Source of the DNA: Eledone cirrhosa
Taxonomy: Eukaryota
Assembly: GCA_964016885.1 (NCBI GenBank)
Contig: OZ024742.1
Coordinates: 241,428,001 to 241,492,000 of the forward strand
Length of the DNA: 64,000 nucleotides
Reading direction: 5' to 3'
In this document: positions 46,001-60,800 of the stretch, one piece after another
Layout: each line of letters starts with the position of its first letter
How positions within the stretch are numbered: the first letter of the stretch is position 1
Made by a program: the position numbers and the translations under genes
The notes under the pieces: model-generated
The model's database searches: none
Told to the model about the DNA's origin: nothing
What the model saw: only the letters and a program-made list of their open reading frames with translations

Positions 46001-47660
46001 CAAACCACCAACAGAAATGTAACTCCAAGCCACCAACAGAAATGGAATTCCAAGCCATTAACAGAAATGGAACTCCAAGCCACCAACAGAAATGGAACTC
46101 CAAGCCACCAACAGAAATGGAACTCCAAGCCACCAACAGAAATGGAACTCCAAGCCACCAACAGAAATGGAACTCCAAGCCACTAACAGAAATGGAATTC
46201 CAAGCGACTAAAAGAAATGGAACTCCAAGCCACCAACAGAAATGAAACTCCAACCCACCAACAGAAATGGAAAACCAAGCCACTAACAGAAATGGAACTC
46301 CAAGTAACCAACAGAAATGGAACTCCAAGCCACTAACAGAAATGGAACTCCAAGCCACCAACAGAAATGGAACTCTAAACCACCAACAGAAATGTAACTC
46401 CAAGCCACCAACAGAAATGGAATTCCAAGCCATTAACAGAAATGGAACTCCAAGCCACCAACAGAAATGGAACTCCAAGCCACCAACAGAAATGGAACTC
46501 CAAGCCACCAACAGAAATGAAACTCCAACCCACCAACAGAAATGGAAAACCAAGCCACTAACAGAAATGGAACTCCAAGTAACCAACAGAAATGGAACTC
46601 CAAGCCACTAACAGAAATGGAACTCCAAGCCACCAACAGAAATGGAACTCCAAACCACCAACAGAAATGTAACTCCAAGCCACTAACAGAAATGGAATTC
46701 CAAGCGACTAAAAGAAATGGAACTCCAAGCCACCAACAGAAATGGAACTCCAAGCTAACAACAAAAATGGACCTCCAAGCCACCAACAGAAATGAAACTC
46801 CAAGCCACCAACAGAAATGGAACTCCAAGCCACCAACAGAAATAAAACTCCAAGCCAATAACAGAAATGGAACTCTAAGCCTCCTACAGAAATGGAACTG
46901 CAAGCCACTAACATAAATGGAACTCCAAGCCACTAACAGAAATGGAACTCCAAGCCACCAACAGAAATGGAACTCCAAGCCACCAACAGAAATGGAACTC
47001 CAAGCCACCAACAGAAATGGAACTCCAAACCACCAACAGAAATGTAACTCCAAGCCACTAACAGAAATGGAACACCAAGCCACCAACAGAAATGGAACAC
47101 CAAGCCACCAACAGAAATGGAACTCCAAGCCACCAACAGAAATGGAACTCCAAACCACCAACAGAAATGTAACTCCAAGCCAATAACAGAAATGGAACTC
47201 CAAGCCACTAACAGAAATGGAACTCCAAGCGACTAAAAGAAATGGAACTCCAAGCCACCAACAGAAATGGAACACCAAGCCACTAACAGAAATGGAACTC
47301 CAAGTAACCAACAGAAATGGAAATCCAAGCCACTAACAGAAATGGAACTCCAAGCCACCAACAGAAATGGAACTCCAAGCAACCAACAGAATTGGAACTC
47401 CAAGCCACCAACAGAAATGGAACTCCAAGCCACCAACAGAAATGGAACTCCAAACCACCAACAGAAATGGAACTCCAAGCCACCAACAGAAATGGAACTC
47501 CAAGCCATCAACAGAAATGGAACTCCAAGCCACCAACAGAAATGGAACTCCAAGCCACCAACAGAAATAAAACTCCAAGCTAACAACAAAAATGGACCTT
47601 CAAGCCACCAACAGAAATGAAACTCCCAGCCACCAACAGAAATGGAACTCCAAGCCAATA
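42260..47660 (+). repeat. Tandem 2,700-bp (108-monomer) duplication with its junction inside monomer 44951-44975
   Basis: CAAGCCCTTA is at 42801 and 45501, and AATGGTACTC at 43191 and 45891. ORF pairs are 42517/45217, 43567/46267 and 44567/47267. A hybrid monomer CAAGCCAATA|ACAGAAATGAAACTC sits at 44951. Confidence 0.85.
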
Positions 47661-50550
47661 ACAGAAATGGAACTCCAAGCCACCAACAGAAATGGAACAC
47701 CAAGCCACCAACAGAAATGGAACTCCAAGCCACCAACAGAAATGGAACTCCAAACCACCAACAGAAATGTAACTCCAAGCCACCAACAGAAATGGAATTC
47801 CAAGCCATTAACAGAAATGGAACTCCAAGCCACCAACAGAAATGGAACTCCAAGCCACCAACAGAAATGGAACTCCAAGCCACCAACAGAAATGGAACTC
47901 CAAGCCACCAACAGAAATGGAACTCCAAGCCACTAACAGAAATGGAATTCCAAGCGACTAAAAGAAATGGAACTCCAAGCCACCAACAGAAATGAAACTC
48001 CAACCCACCAACAGAAATGGAAAACCAAGCCACTAACAGAAATGGAACTCCAAGTAACCAACATAAATGGAACTCCAAGCCACTAACAGAAATGGAACTC
48101 CAAGCCACCAACAGAAATGGAACTCCAAACCACCAACAGAAATGTAACTCCAAGCCACCAACAGAAATGGAATTCCAAGCCATTAACAGAAATGGAACTC
48201 CAAGCCACCAACAGAAATGGAACTCCAAGCCACCAACAGAAATGGAACTCCAAGCCACCAACAGAAATGAAACTCCAACCCACCAACAGAAATGGAAAAC
48301 CAAGCCACTAACAGAAATGGAACTCCAAGTAACCAACAGAAATGGAACTCCAAGCCACTAACAGAAATGGAACTCCAAGCCACCAACAGAAATGGAACTC
48401 CAAACCACCAACAGAAATGTAACTCCAAGCCACTAACAGAAATGGAATTCCAAGCGACTAAAAGAAATGGAACTCCAAGCCACCAACAGAAATGGAACTC
48501 CAAGCTAACAACAAAAATGGACCTCCAAGCCACCAACAGAAATGAAACTCCAAGCCACCAACAGAAATGGAACTCCAAGCCACCAACAGAAATAAAACTC
48601 CAAGCCAATAACAGAAATGGAACTCTAAGCCTCCTACAGAAATGGAACTGCAAGCCACTAACATAAATGGAACTCCAAGCCACTAACAGAAATGGAACTC
48701 CAAGCCACCAACAGAAATGGAACTCCAAGCCACCAACAGAAATGGAACTCCAAGCCACCAACAGAAATGGAACTCCAAACCACCAACAGAAATGTAACTC
48801 CAAGCCACTAACAGAAATGGAACACCAAGCCACCAACAGAAATGGAACACCAAGCCACCAACAGAAATGGAACTCCAAGCCACTAACAGAAATGGAACTC
48901 CAAACCAACAACAGAAATGTAACTCCAAGCCAATAACAGAAATGGAACTCCAAGCCACTAACAGAAATGGAACTCCTAGCGACTAAAAGAAATGGAACTC
49001 CAAGCCACCAACAGAAATGGAACACCAAGCCACTAACAGAAATGGAACTCCAAGTAACCAACAGAAATGGAAATCCAAGCCACTAACAGAAATGGAACTC
49101 CAAGCCACCAACAGAAATGGAACTCCAAGCAACCAACAGAATTGGAACTCCAAGCCACCAACAGAAATGGAACTCCAAGCCACCAACAGAAATGGAACTC
49201 CAAACCACCAACAGAAATGGAACTCCAAGCCACCAACAGAAATGGAACTCCAAGCCATCAACAGAAATGGAACTCCAAGCCACCAACAGAAATGGAACTC
49301 CAAGCCACCAACAGAAATAAAACTCCAAGCTAACAACAAAAATGGACCTTCAAGCCACCAACAGAAATGAAGCTCCCAGCCACCAACAGAAATGGAACTC
49401 CAAGCCAATAACAGAAATGGAACTCCAAGCCACCAACAGAAATGGAACACCAAGCCACTAACAGAAATGGAACTCCAAGCCACCAACAGAAATGGAACTC
49501 CAAACCACCAACAGAAATGTAACTCCAAGCCACCAACAGAAATGGAATTCCAAGCCATTAACAGAAATGGAACTCCAAGCCACCAATAGAAATGGAACTC
49601 CAAGCCACCAACAGAAACTGAACTCCAAGCCACCAACAGAAATGGAACTCCAAGCCACCAACAGAAATGGAACTCCAAGCCACTAACAGAAATGGAATTC
49701 CAAGCGACTAAAAGAAATGGAACTCCAAGCCACCAACAGAAATGAAACTCCAACCCACCAACAGAAATGGAAAACCAAGCCACTAACAGAAATGGAACTC
49801 CAAGTAACCAACAGAAATGGAACTCCAAGCCACTAACAGAAATGGAACTCCAAGCCACCAACAGAAATGGAACTCCAAACCACCAACAGAAATGTAACTC
49901 CAAGCCACCAACAGAAATGGAATTCCAAGCCATTAACAGAAATGGAACTCCAAGCCACCAACAGAAATGGAACTCCAAGCCACCAACAGAAATGGAACTC
50001 CAAGCCACCAACAGAAATGAAACTCCAACCCACCAACAGAAATGGAAAACCAAGCCACTAACAGAAATGGAACTCCAAGTAACCAACAGAAATGGAACTC
50101 CAAGCCACTAACAGAAATGGAACTCCAAGCCACCAACAGAAATGGAACTCCAAACCACCAACAGAAATGTAACTCCAAGCCGCTAACAGAAATGGAATTC
50201 CAAGCGACTAAAAGAAATGGAACTCCAAGCCACCAACAGAAATGGAACTCCAAGCCACCAACAGAAATGGAACTCCAAGCCACCAACAGAAATAAAACTC
50301 CAAGCCAATAACAGAAATGGAACTCTAAGCCTCCTACAGAAATGGAACTGCAAGCCACTAACATAAATGGAACTCCAAGCCACTAACAGAAATGGAACTC
50401 CAAGCCACCAACAGAAATGGAACTCCAAGCCACCAACAGAAATGGAACTCCAAGCCACCAACAGAAATGGAACTCCAAACCACCAACAGAAATGTAACTC
50501 CAAGCCACTAACAGAAATGGAACACCAAGCCACCAACAGAAATGGAACAC

Positions 50551-53500
50551 CAAGCCACCAACAGAAATGGAACTCCAAGCCACCAACAGAAATGGAACTC
50601 CAAACCACCAACAGAAATGTAACTCCAAGCCAATAACAGAAATGGAACTCCAAGCCACTAACAGAAATGGAACTCCAAGCGACTAAAAGAAATGGAACTC
50701 CAAGCCACCAACAGAAATGGAACACCAAGCCACTAACAGAAATGGAACTCCAAGTAACCAACAGAAATGGAAATCCAAGCCACCAACAGAAATGGAACTC
50801 CAAGCCACCAACAGAAATGGAACTCCAAGCCACTAACAGAAATGGAACTCCAAGCCACCAAAAGAAATGGAACGCCAAGCCACCAACAGAAATGGAACTC
50901 CAAGCCACCAACAGAAATGGAACTCCAAGCCACTAAAAGAAATGGAACTCCATGTTACCAACAGAAATGGAACTCCAAGCCACCAACAGAAATGGAACTC
51001 CAAGCCACCAACAGAAATGGAACTCCAAGCCACCAACAGAAATGGAACTCCAAGCTAACAACAAAAATGGAACTCCAAGCCACTAACAGAAATGGAACTT
51101 GAAGCCATTAACAGAAATGAAACTCCAAGCGACCAACAGAAATGGAAGTCCAAGCCAATAACAGAAATGGAACTCCAAGCCACCAACAGAAATGGAACTC
51201 CAAGCCACTAACATAAATGGAACACCAAGCCACCAACAGAAATGGAACTCCAAGCCACTAACAGAAATGGAACTTGAAGCCACTAACAGAAATGGAAATC
51301 CAAGCCACCAACAGAAATGGAACTCCAAGCCACCAACAGAAATGGAACTCCAAGATAACAACAGAAATGGACCTCCAAGCCACCAACAGAAATGAAACTC
51401 CAAGCCACCAACAGAAATGGAACTCCAAGCCACCAACAGAAATAAAACTCCAAGCCAATAACAGAAATGGAACTCTAAGCCTCCTACAGAAATGGAACTG
51501 CAAGCCACTAACATAAATGGAACTCCAAGGCACTAACAGAAATGGAACTCCAAGCCACCAACAGAAATGGAACTCCAAGCCACCAACAGAAATGGAACTC
51601 CAAGCCACCAACAGAAATGGAACTCCAAACCACCAACAGAAATGGAACTCCAAACCACCAACAGAAATGAAACTCCAAGATAACAACAGAAATGGACCTC
51701 CAAGCCACCAACAGAAATGAAACTCCAAGCCACCAACAGAAATGGAACTCCAAACCACCAACAGAAATGGAACTCCAAGCCACTAACAGAAATGGAACAC
51801 CAAGCCACCAACAGAAATGGAACTCCAAGCCACCAACAGAAATGGAACTCCAAGCCACCAACAGAAATGGAACTCCAAACCACCAACAAAAATGGAACTC
51901 CAAGCCAATAACAGAAATGGAACTCCAAGCCACTAACAGAAATGGAACTCCAAGCGACTAAAAGAAATGGAACTCCAAGCCACCAACAGAAATGGAACAC
52001 CAAGCCACTAACAGAAATGGAACTCCAAGTAACCAACAGAAATGGAAATCCAAGCCACTAACAGAAATGGAACTCCAAGCCACCAACAGAAATGGAACTC
52101 CAAGCAACCAACAGAAATGGAACACCAAGCCACCAACAGAAATGGAACTCCAAGCCACCAACAGAAATGGAACTCCAAGCCACCAACAGAAATGGAACTC
52201 CAAGCCACCAACAGAAATGGAACTCCAAGCCACCAACAGAAATGGAACTCCAAGCCACCAACAGAAATGGAACTCCAAGCCACCAACAGAAATAAACCTC
52301 CAAGCTAACAACAAAAATGGACCTTCAAGCCACCAACAGAAATGAAACTCCAAGCCACCAACAGAAATGGAACTCCAAGCCAATAACAGAAATGGAACTC
52401 CAAGCCACCAACAGAAATGGAACACCAAGCCACCAATAGAAATGGAACTCCAAGCCACCAACAGAAATGGAACTCCAAACCACCAACAGAAATGTAACTC
52501 CAAGCCACCAACAGAAATGGAATTCCAAGCCATTAACAGAAATGGAACTCCAAGCCACCAACAGAAATGGAACTCCAAGCCACCAACAGAAATGGAACTC
52601 CAAGCCACCAACAGAAATGGAACTCCAAGCCACCAACAGAAATGGAACTCCAAGCCACTAACAGAAATGGAATTCCAAGCGACTAAAAGAAATGGAACTC
52701 CAAGCCACCAACAGAAATGGAACTCCAAGCTAACAACAAAAATGGACCTCCAAGCCACCAACAGAAATGAAACTCCAAGCCACCAACAGAAATGGAACTC
52801 CAAGCCACCAACAGAAATAAAACTCCAAGCCAATAACAGAAATGGAACTCTAAGCCTCCTACAGAAATGGAACTGCAAGCCACTAACATAAATGGAACAC
52901 CAAGCCACTAACAGAAATGGAACTCCAAGCCACCAACAGAAATGGAACTCCAAGCCACCAACAGAAATGGAACTCCAAGCCAGCAACAGAAATGGAACTC
53001 CAAACCACCAACAGAAATGTAACTCCAAGCCACTAACAGAAATGGAACACCAAGCCACCAACAGAAATGGAACACCAAGCCACCAACAGAAATGGAACTC
53101 CAAGCCACCAACAGAAATGGAACTCCAAACCACCAACAGAAATGTAACTCCAAGCCAATAACAGAAATGGAACTCCAAGCCACTAACAGAAATGGAACTC
53201 CAAGCGACTAAAAGAAATGGAACTCCAAGCCACCAACAGAAATGGAACACCAAGCCACTAACAGAAATGGAACTCCAAGTAACCAACAGAAATTGAAATC
53301 CAAGCCACTAACAGAAATGGAACTCCAAGCCACCAACAGAAATGGAACTCCAAGCAACCAACAGAAATGGAACTCCAAGCCACCAACAGAAATGGAACTC
53401 CAAGCCACCAACAGAAATGGAACTCCAAGCCACCAACAGAAATGGAACTCCAAGCCACCAACAGAAATGGAACTCCAAGCCACCAACAGAAATGGAACTC

Positions 53501-56110
53501 CAAGCCACCAACAGAAATGGAACTCCAAGCCACCAACAGAAATAAAACTCCAAGCTAACAACAAAAATGGACCTTCAAGCCACCAACAGAAATGAAACTC
53601 CCAGCCACCAACAGAAATGGAACTCCAAGCCAATAACAGAAATGGAACTCCAAGCCACCAACAGAAATGGAACACCAAGCCACCAACAGAAATGGAACTC
53701 CAAGCCACCAACAGAAATGGAACTCCAAACCACCAACAGAAATGTAACTCCAAGCCACCAACAGAAATGGAATTCCAAGCCATTAACAGAAATGGAACTC
53801 CAAGCCACCAACAGAAATGGAACTCCAAGCCACCAACAGAAATGGAACTCCAAGCCACCAACAGAAATGGAACTCCAAGCCACCAACAGAAATGGAACTC
53901 CAAGCCACTAACAGAAATGGAATTCCAAGCGACAAAAAGAAATGGAACTCCAAGCCACCAACAGAAATGAAACTCCAACCCACCAACAGAAATGGAAAAC
54001 CAAGCCACTAACAGAAATGGAACTCCAAGTAACCAACAGAAATGGACTTCCAAGCCATTAACAGAAATGGAACTCCAAGCCACCAACAGAAATGGAACTC
54101 CAAGCCACCAACAGAAATGGAACTCCAAGCCACCAACAGAAATGAAACTCCAACCCACCAACAGAAATGGAAAACCAAGCCACTAACAGAAATGGAACTC
54201 CAAGTAACCAACAGAAATGGAACTCCAAGCCACTAACAGAAATGGAACTCCAAGCCACCAACAGAAATGGAACTCCAAACCACCAACAGAAATGTAACTC
54301 CAAGCCACTAACAGAAATGGAATTCCAAGCGACTAAAAGAAATGGAACTCCAAGCCACCAACAGAAATGGAACTCCAAGCTAACAACAAAAATGGACCTC
54401 CAAGCCACCAACAGAAATGAAACTCCAAGCCACCAACAGAAATGGAACTCCAAGCCACCAACAGAAATAAAACTCCAAGCCAATAACAGAAATGGAACTC
54501 TAAGCCTCCTACAGAAATGGAACTGCAAGCCACTAACATAAATGGAACTCCAAGCCACTAACAGAAATGGAACTCCAAGCCACCAACAGAAATGGAACTC
54601 CAAGCCACCAACAGAAATTTAGCTCCAAGCCACCAACAGAAATGGAACTCCAAACCACCAACAGAAATGTAACTCCAAGCCACTAACAGAAATGGAACAC
54701 CAAGCCACCAACAGAAATGGAACACCAAGCCACCAACAGAAATGGAACTCCAAGCCACCAACAGAAATGGAACTCCAAACCACCAACAGAAATGTAACTC
54801 CAAGCCAATAACAGAAATGGAACTCCAAGCCACTAACAGAAATGGAACTCCAAGCGACTAAAAGAAATGGAACTCCAAGCCACCAACAGAAATGGAACAC
54901 CAAGCCACTAACAGAAATGGAACTCCAAGTAACCAACAGAAATGGAAATCCAAGCCACTAACAGAAATGGAACTCCAAGCCACCAACAGAAATGGAACTC
55001 CAAGCAACCAACAGAAATGGAACTCCAAGCCACCAACAGAAATGGAACTCCAAGCCACCAACAGAAATGGAACTCCAAGCCACCAACAGAAATGGAACTC
55101 CAAGCCACCAACAGAAATGGAACTCCAAGCCACCAACAGAAATGGAACTCCAAGCCACCAACAGAAATGGAACTCCAAGCCACCAACAGAAATAAAACTC
55201 CAAGCTAACAACAAAAATGGACCTTCAAGCCACCAACAGAAATGAAACTCCCAGCCACCAACAGAAATGGAACTCCAAGCCAATAACAGAAATGGAACTC
55301 CAAGCCACCAACAGAAATGGAACACCAAGCCACCAACAGAAATGGAACTCCAAGCCACCAACAGAAATGGAACTCCAAACCACCAACAGAAATGTAACTC
55401 CAAGCCACCAACAGAAATGGAATTCCAAGCCATTAACAGAAATGGAACTCCAAGCCACCAACAGAAATGGAACTCCAAGCCACCAACAGAAATGGAATTC
55501 CAAGCCATTAACAGAAATGGAACTCCAAGCAACCAACAGAAATGGAACTCCAAGCCACCAACAGAAATGGAACTCCAAGCCACCAACAGAAATGAAACTC
55601 CAACCCACCAACAGAAATGTAACTCCAAGCCACCAACAGAAATGGAATTCCAAGCCATTAACAGAAATGGAACTCCAAGCCACCAACAGAAATGGAACTC
55701 CAAGCCACCAACAGAAATGGAACTCCAAGCCACCAACAGAAATGGAACTCCAAGCCACCAACAGAAATGGAACTCCAAGCCACCAACAGAAATGGAACTC
55801 CAAGCCACCAACAGAAATAAAACTCCAAGCTAACAACAAAAATGGACCTTCAAGCCACCAACAGAAATGAAACTCCCAGCCACCAACAGAAATGGAACTC
55901 CAAGCCAATAACAGAAATGGAACTCCAAGCCACCAACAGAAATGGAACACCAAGCCACCAACAGAAATGGAACTCCAAGCCACCAACAGAAATGGAACTC
56001 CAAACCACCAACAGAAATGTAACTCCAAGCCACCAACAGAAATGGAATTCCAAGCCATTAACAGAAATGGAACTCCAAGCCACCAACAGAAATGGAACTC
56101 CAAGCCACCA
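50551..56110 (+). repeat. Long-range copy of 13826-~19360 (offset 36,725, then 36,750 after a one-monomer difference)
   Basis: Rare variants CATGTTACCA (14226/50951), AACTTGAAGC, CAAGATAACA and GGACTTC (17301/54026) are shared. ORF pairs are 14042/50767, 15267/51992, 17267/53992 and 18142/54892. Confidence 0.87.
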
Positions 56111-57829
56111 ACAGAAATGGAAAACCAAGCCACTAACAGAAATGGAACTCCAAGTAACCAACAGAAATGGAACTCCAAGCCACTAACAGAAATGGAACTC
56201 CAAGCCACCAACAGAAATGGAACTCCAAACCACCAACAGAAAAATAACTCCAAGCCACCAACAGAAATGGAATTCCAAGCCATTAACAGAAATGGAACTC
56301 CAAGCCACCAACAGAAATGGAACTCCAAGCCACCAACAGAAATGGAACTCCAAGCCACCAACAGAAATGAAACTCCAACCCACCAACAGAAATGGAAAAC
56401 CAAGCCACTAACAGAAATGGAACTCCAAGTAACCAACAGAAATGGAACTCCAAGCCACTAACAGAAATGGAACTCCAAGCCACCAACAGAAATGGAACTC
56501 CAAACCACCAACAGAAATGTAACTCCAAGCCACTAACAGAAATGGAATTCCAAGCGACTAAAAGAAATGGAACTCCAAGCCACCAACAGAAATGGAACTC
56601 CAAGCTAACAACAAAAATGGACCTCCAAGCCACCAACAGAAATGGAACTCCAAGCCACCAACAGAAATAAAACTCCAAGCCAATAACAGAAATGGAACTC
56701 TAAGCCTCCTACAGAAATGGAACTGCAAGCCACTAACATAAATGGAACTCCAAGCCACTAACAGAAATGGAACTCCAAGCCACCAACAGAAATGGAACTC
56801 CAAGCCACCAACAGAAATGGAACTCCAAGCCACCAACAGAAATGGAACTCCAAACCACCAACAGAAATGTAACTCCAAGCCACTAACAGAAATGGAACAC
56901 CAAGCCACCAACAGAAATGGAACACCAAGACACCAACAGAAATGGAACTCCAAGCCACCAACAGAAATGGAACTCCAAACCACCAACAGAAATGTAACTC
57001 CAAGCCAATAACAGAAATGGAACTCCAAGCCACTAACAGAAATGGAACTCCAAGCCACTAACAGAAATGGAACTCCAAGCCACCAACAGAAATGAAACAC
57101 CAAGCCACTAACAGAAATGGAACTCCAAGTAACCAACAGAAATGGAAATCCAAGCCACTAACAGAAATGGAACTCCAAGCCACCAACAGAAATGGAACTC
57201 CAAGCAACCAACAGAAATGGAACTCCAAGCCACCAACAGAAATGGAATTCCAAGCCATTAACAGAAATGGAACTCCAAGCCACCAACAGAAATGGAACTC
57301 CAAGCCACCAACAGAAATGGAACTCCAAGCCACCAACAGAAATGAAACTCCAACCCACCAACAGAAATGGAAAACCAAGCCACTAACAGAAATGGAACTC
57401 CAAGTAACCAACAGAAATGGAACTCCAAGCCACTAACAGAAATGGAACTCCAATCCACCAACAGAAATGGAACTCCAAACCACCAACAGAAATGTAACTC
57501 CAAGCCACTAACAGAAATGGAATTCCAAGCGACTAAAAGAAATGGAACTCCAAACCACCAACAGAAATGTAACTCCAAGCCACCAACAGAAATGGACTTC
57601 CAAGCCATTAACAGAAATGGAACTCCAAGCCACCAACAGAAATGGAACTCCAAGCCACCAACAGAAATGGAACTCCAAGCCACCAACAGAAATGAAACTC
57701 CAACCCACCAACAGAAATGGAAAACCAAGCCACTAACAGAAATGGAACTCCAAGTAACCAACAGAAATGGAACTCCAAGCCACTAACAGAAATGGAACTC
57801 CAAGCCACCAACAGAAATGGAACTCCAAA

Positions 57830-60800
57830 CCACCAACAGAAATGTAACTCCAAGCCACTAACAGAAATGGAATTCCAAGCGACTAAAAGAAATGGAACTC
57901 CAAGCCACCAACAGAAATGGAACTCCAAGCTAACAACAAAAATGGACCTCCAAGCCACCAACAGAAATGAAACTCCAAGCCACCAACAGAAATGGAACTC
58001 CAAGCCACCAACAGAAATAAAACTCCAAGCCAATAACAGAAATGGAACTCTAAGCCTCCTACAGAAATGGAACTGCAAGCCACTAACATAAATGGAACTC
58101 CAAGCCACTAACAGAAATGGAACTCCAAGCCACCAACAGAAATGGAACTCCAAGCCACCAACAGAAATGGAACTCCAAGCCACCAACAGAAATGGAACTC
58201 CAAACCACCAACAGAAATGTAACTCCAAGCCACTAACAGAAATGGAACACCAAGCCACCAACAGAAATGGAACACCAAGCCACCAACAGAAATGGAACTC
58301 CAAGCCACCAACAGAAATGGAACTCCAAACCACCAACAGAAATGTAACTCCAAGCCAATAACAGAAATGGAACTCCAAGCCACTAACAGAAATGGAACTC
58401 CAAGCGACTAAAAGAAATGGAACTCCAAGCCACCAACAGAAATGGAACACCAAGCCACTAACAGAAATGGAACTCCAAGTAACCAACAGAAATGGAAATC
58501 CAAGCCACTAACAGAAATGGAACTCCAAGCCACCAACAGAAATGGAACTCCAAGCAACCAACAGAAATGGAACTCCAAGCCACCAACAGAAATGGAACTC
58601 CAAGCCACCAACAGAAATGGAACTCCAAGCCACCAACAGAAATGGAACTCCAAGCCACCAACAGAAATGGAACTCCAAGCCACCAACAGAAATGGAACTC
58701 CAAGCCACCAACAGAAATGGAACTCCAAGCCACCAACAGAAATAAAACTCCAAGCTAACAACAAAAATGGACCTTCAAGCCACCAACAGAAATGAAACTC
58801 CCAGCCACCAACAGAAATGGAACTCCAAGCCAATAACAGAAATGGAACTCCAAGCCACCGACAGAAATGGAACACCAAGCCACCAACAGAAATGGAACTC
58901 CAAGCCACCAACAGAAATGGAACTCCAAACCACCAACAGAAATGTAACTCCAAGCCACCAACAGAAATGGAATTCCAAGCCATTAACAGAAATGGAACTC
59001 CAAGCCACCAACAGAAATGGAACTCCAAGCCACCAACAGAAATGGAATTCCAAGCCATTAACAGAAATGGAACTCCAAGCAACCAACAGAAATGGAACTC
59101 CAAGCCACCAACAGAAATGGAACTCCAAGCCACCAACAGAAATGAAACTCCAACCCACCAACAGAAATGTAACTCCAAGCCACCAACAGAAATGGAATTC
59201 CAAGCCATTAACAGAAATGGAACTCCAAGCCACCAACAGAAATGGAACTCCAAGCCACCAACAGAAATGGAACTCCAAGCCACCAACAGAAATGGAACTC
59301 CAAGCCACCAACAGAAATGGAACTCCAAGCCACCAACAGAAATGGAACTCCAAGCCACCAACAGAAATAAAACTCCAAGCTAACAACAAAAATGGACCTT
59401 CAAGCCACCAACAGAAATGAAACTCCCAGCCACCAACAGAAATGGAACTCCAAGCCAATAACAGAAATGGAACTCCAAGCCACCAACAGAAATGGAACAC
59501 CAAGCCACCAACAGAAATGGAACTCCAAGCCACCAACAGAAATGGAACTCCAAACCACCAACAGAAATGTAACTCCAAGCCACCAACAGAAATGGAATTC
59601 CAAGCCATTAACAGAAATGGAACTCCAAGCCACCAACAGAAATGGAACTCCAAGCCACCAACAGAAATGGAACTCCAAGCCACCAACAGAAATGGAACTC
59701 CAAGCCACCAACAGAAATGGAACTCCAAGCCACTAACAGAAATGGAATTCCAAGCGACTAAAAGAAATGGAACTCCAAGCCACCAACAGAAATGAAACTC
59801 CAACCCACCAACAGAAATGGAAAACCAAGCCACTAACAGAAATGCAACTCCAAGTAACCAACAGAAATGGAACTCCAAGCCACTAACAGAAATGGAACTC
59901 CAAGCCACCAACAGAAATGGAACTCCAAACCACCAACAGAAATGTAACTCCAAGCCACCAACAGAAATGGAATTCCAAGCCATTAACAGAAATGGAACTC
60001 CAAGCCACCAACAGAAATGGAACTCCAAGCCACCAACAGAAATGGAACTCCAAGCCACCAACAGAAATGAAACTCCAACCCACCAACAGAAATGGAAAAC
60101 CAAGCCACTAACAGAAATGGAACTCCAAGTAACCAACAGAAATGGAACTCCAAGCCACTAACAGAAATGGAACTCCAAGCCACCAACAGAAATGGAACTC
60201 CAAACCACCAACAGAAATGTAACTCCAAGCCACTAACAGAAATGGAATTCCAAGCGACTAGAAGAAATGGAACTCCAAGCCACCAACCGAAATGGAACTC
60301 CAAGCTAACAACAAAAATGGACCTCCAAGCCACCAACAGAAATGAAACTCCAAGCCACCAACAGAAATGGAACTCCAAGCCACCAACAGAAATAAAACTC
60401 CAAGCCAATAACAGAAATGGAACTCTAAGCCTCCTACAGAAATGGAACTGCAAGCCACTAACATAAATGGAACTCCAAGCCACTAACAGAAATGGAACTC
60501 CAAGCCACCAACAGAAATGGAACTCCAAGCCACCAACAGAAATGGAACTCCAAGCCACCAACAGAAATGGAACTCCAAACCACCAACAGAAATGTAACTC
60601 CAAGCCACTAACAGAAATGGAACACCAAGCCACCAACAGAAATGGAACACCAAGCCACCAACAGAAATGGAACTCCAAGCCACCAACAGAAATGGAACTC
60701 CAAACCACCAACAGAAATGTAACTCCAAGCCAATAACAGAAATGGAACTCCAAGCCACTAACAGAAATGGAACTCCAAGCGACTAAAAGAAATGGAACTC

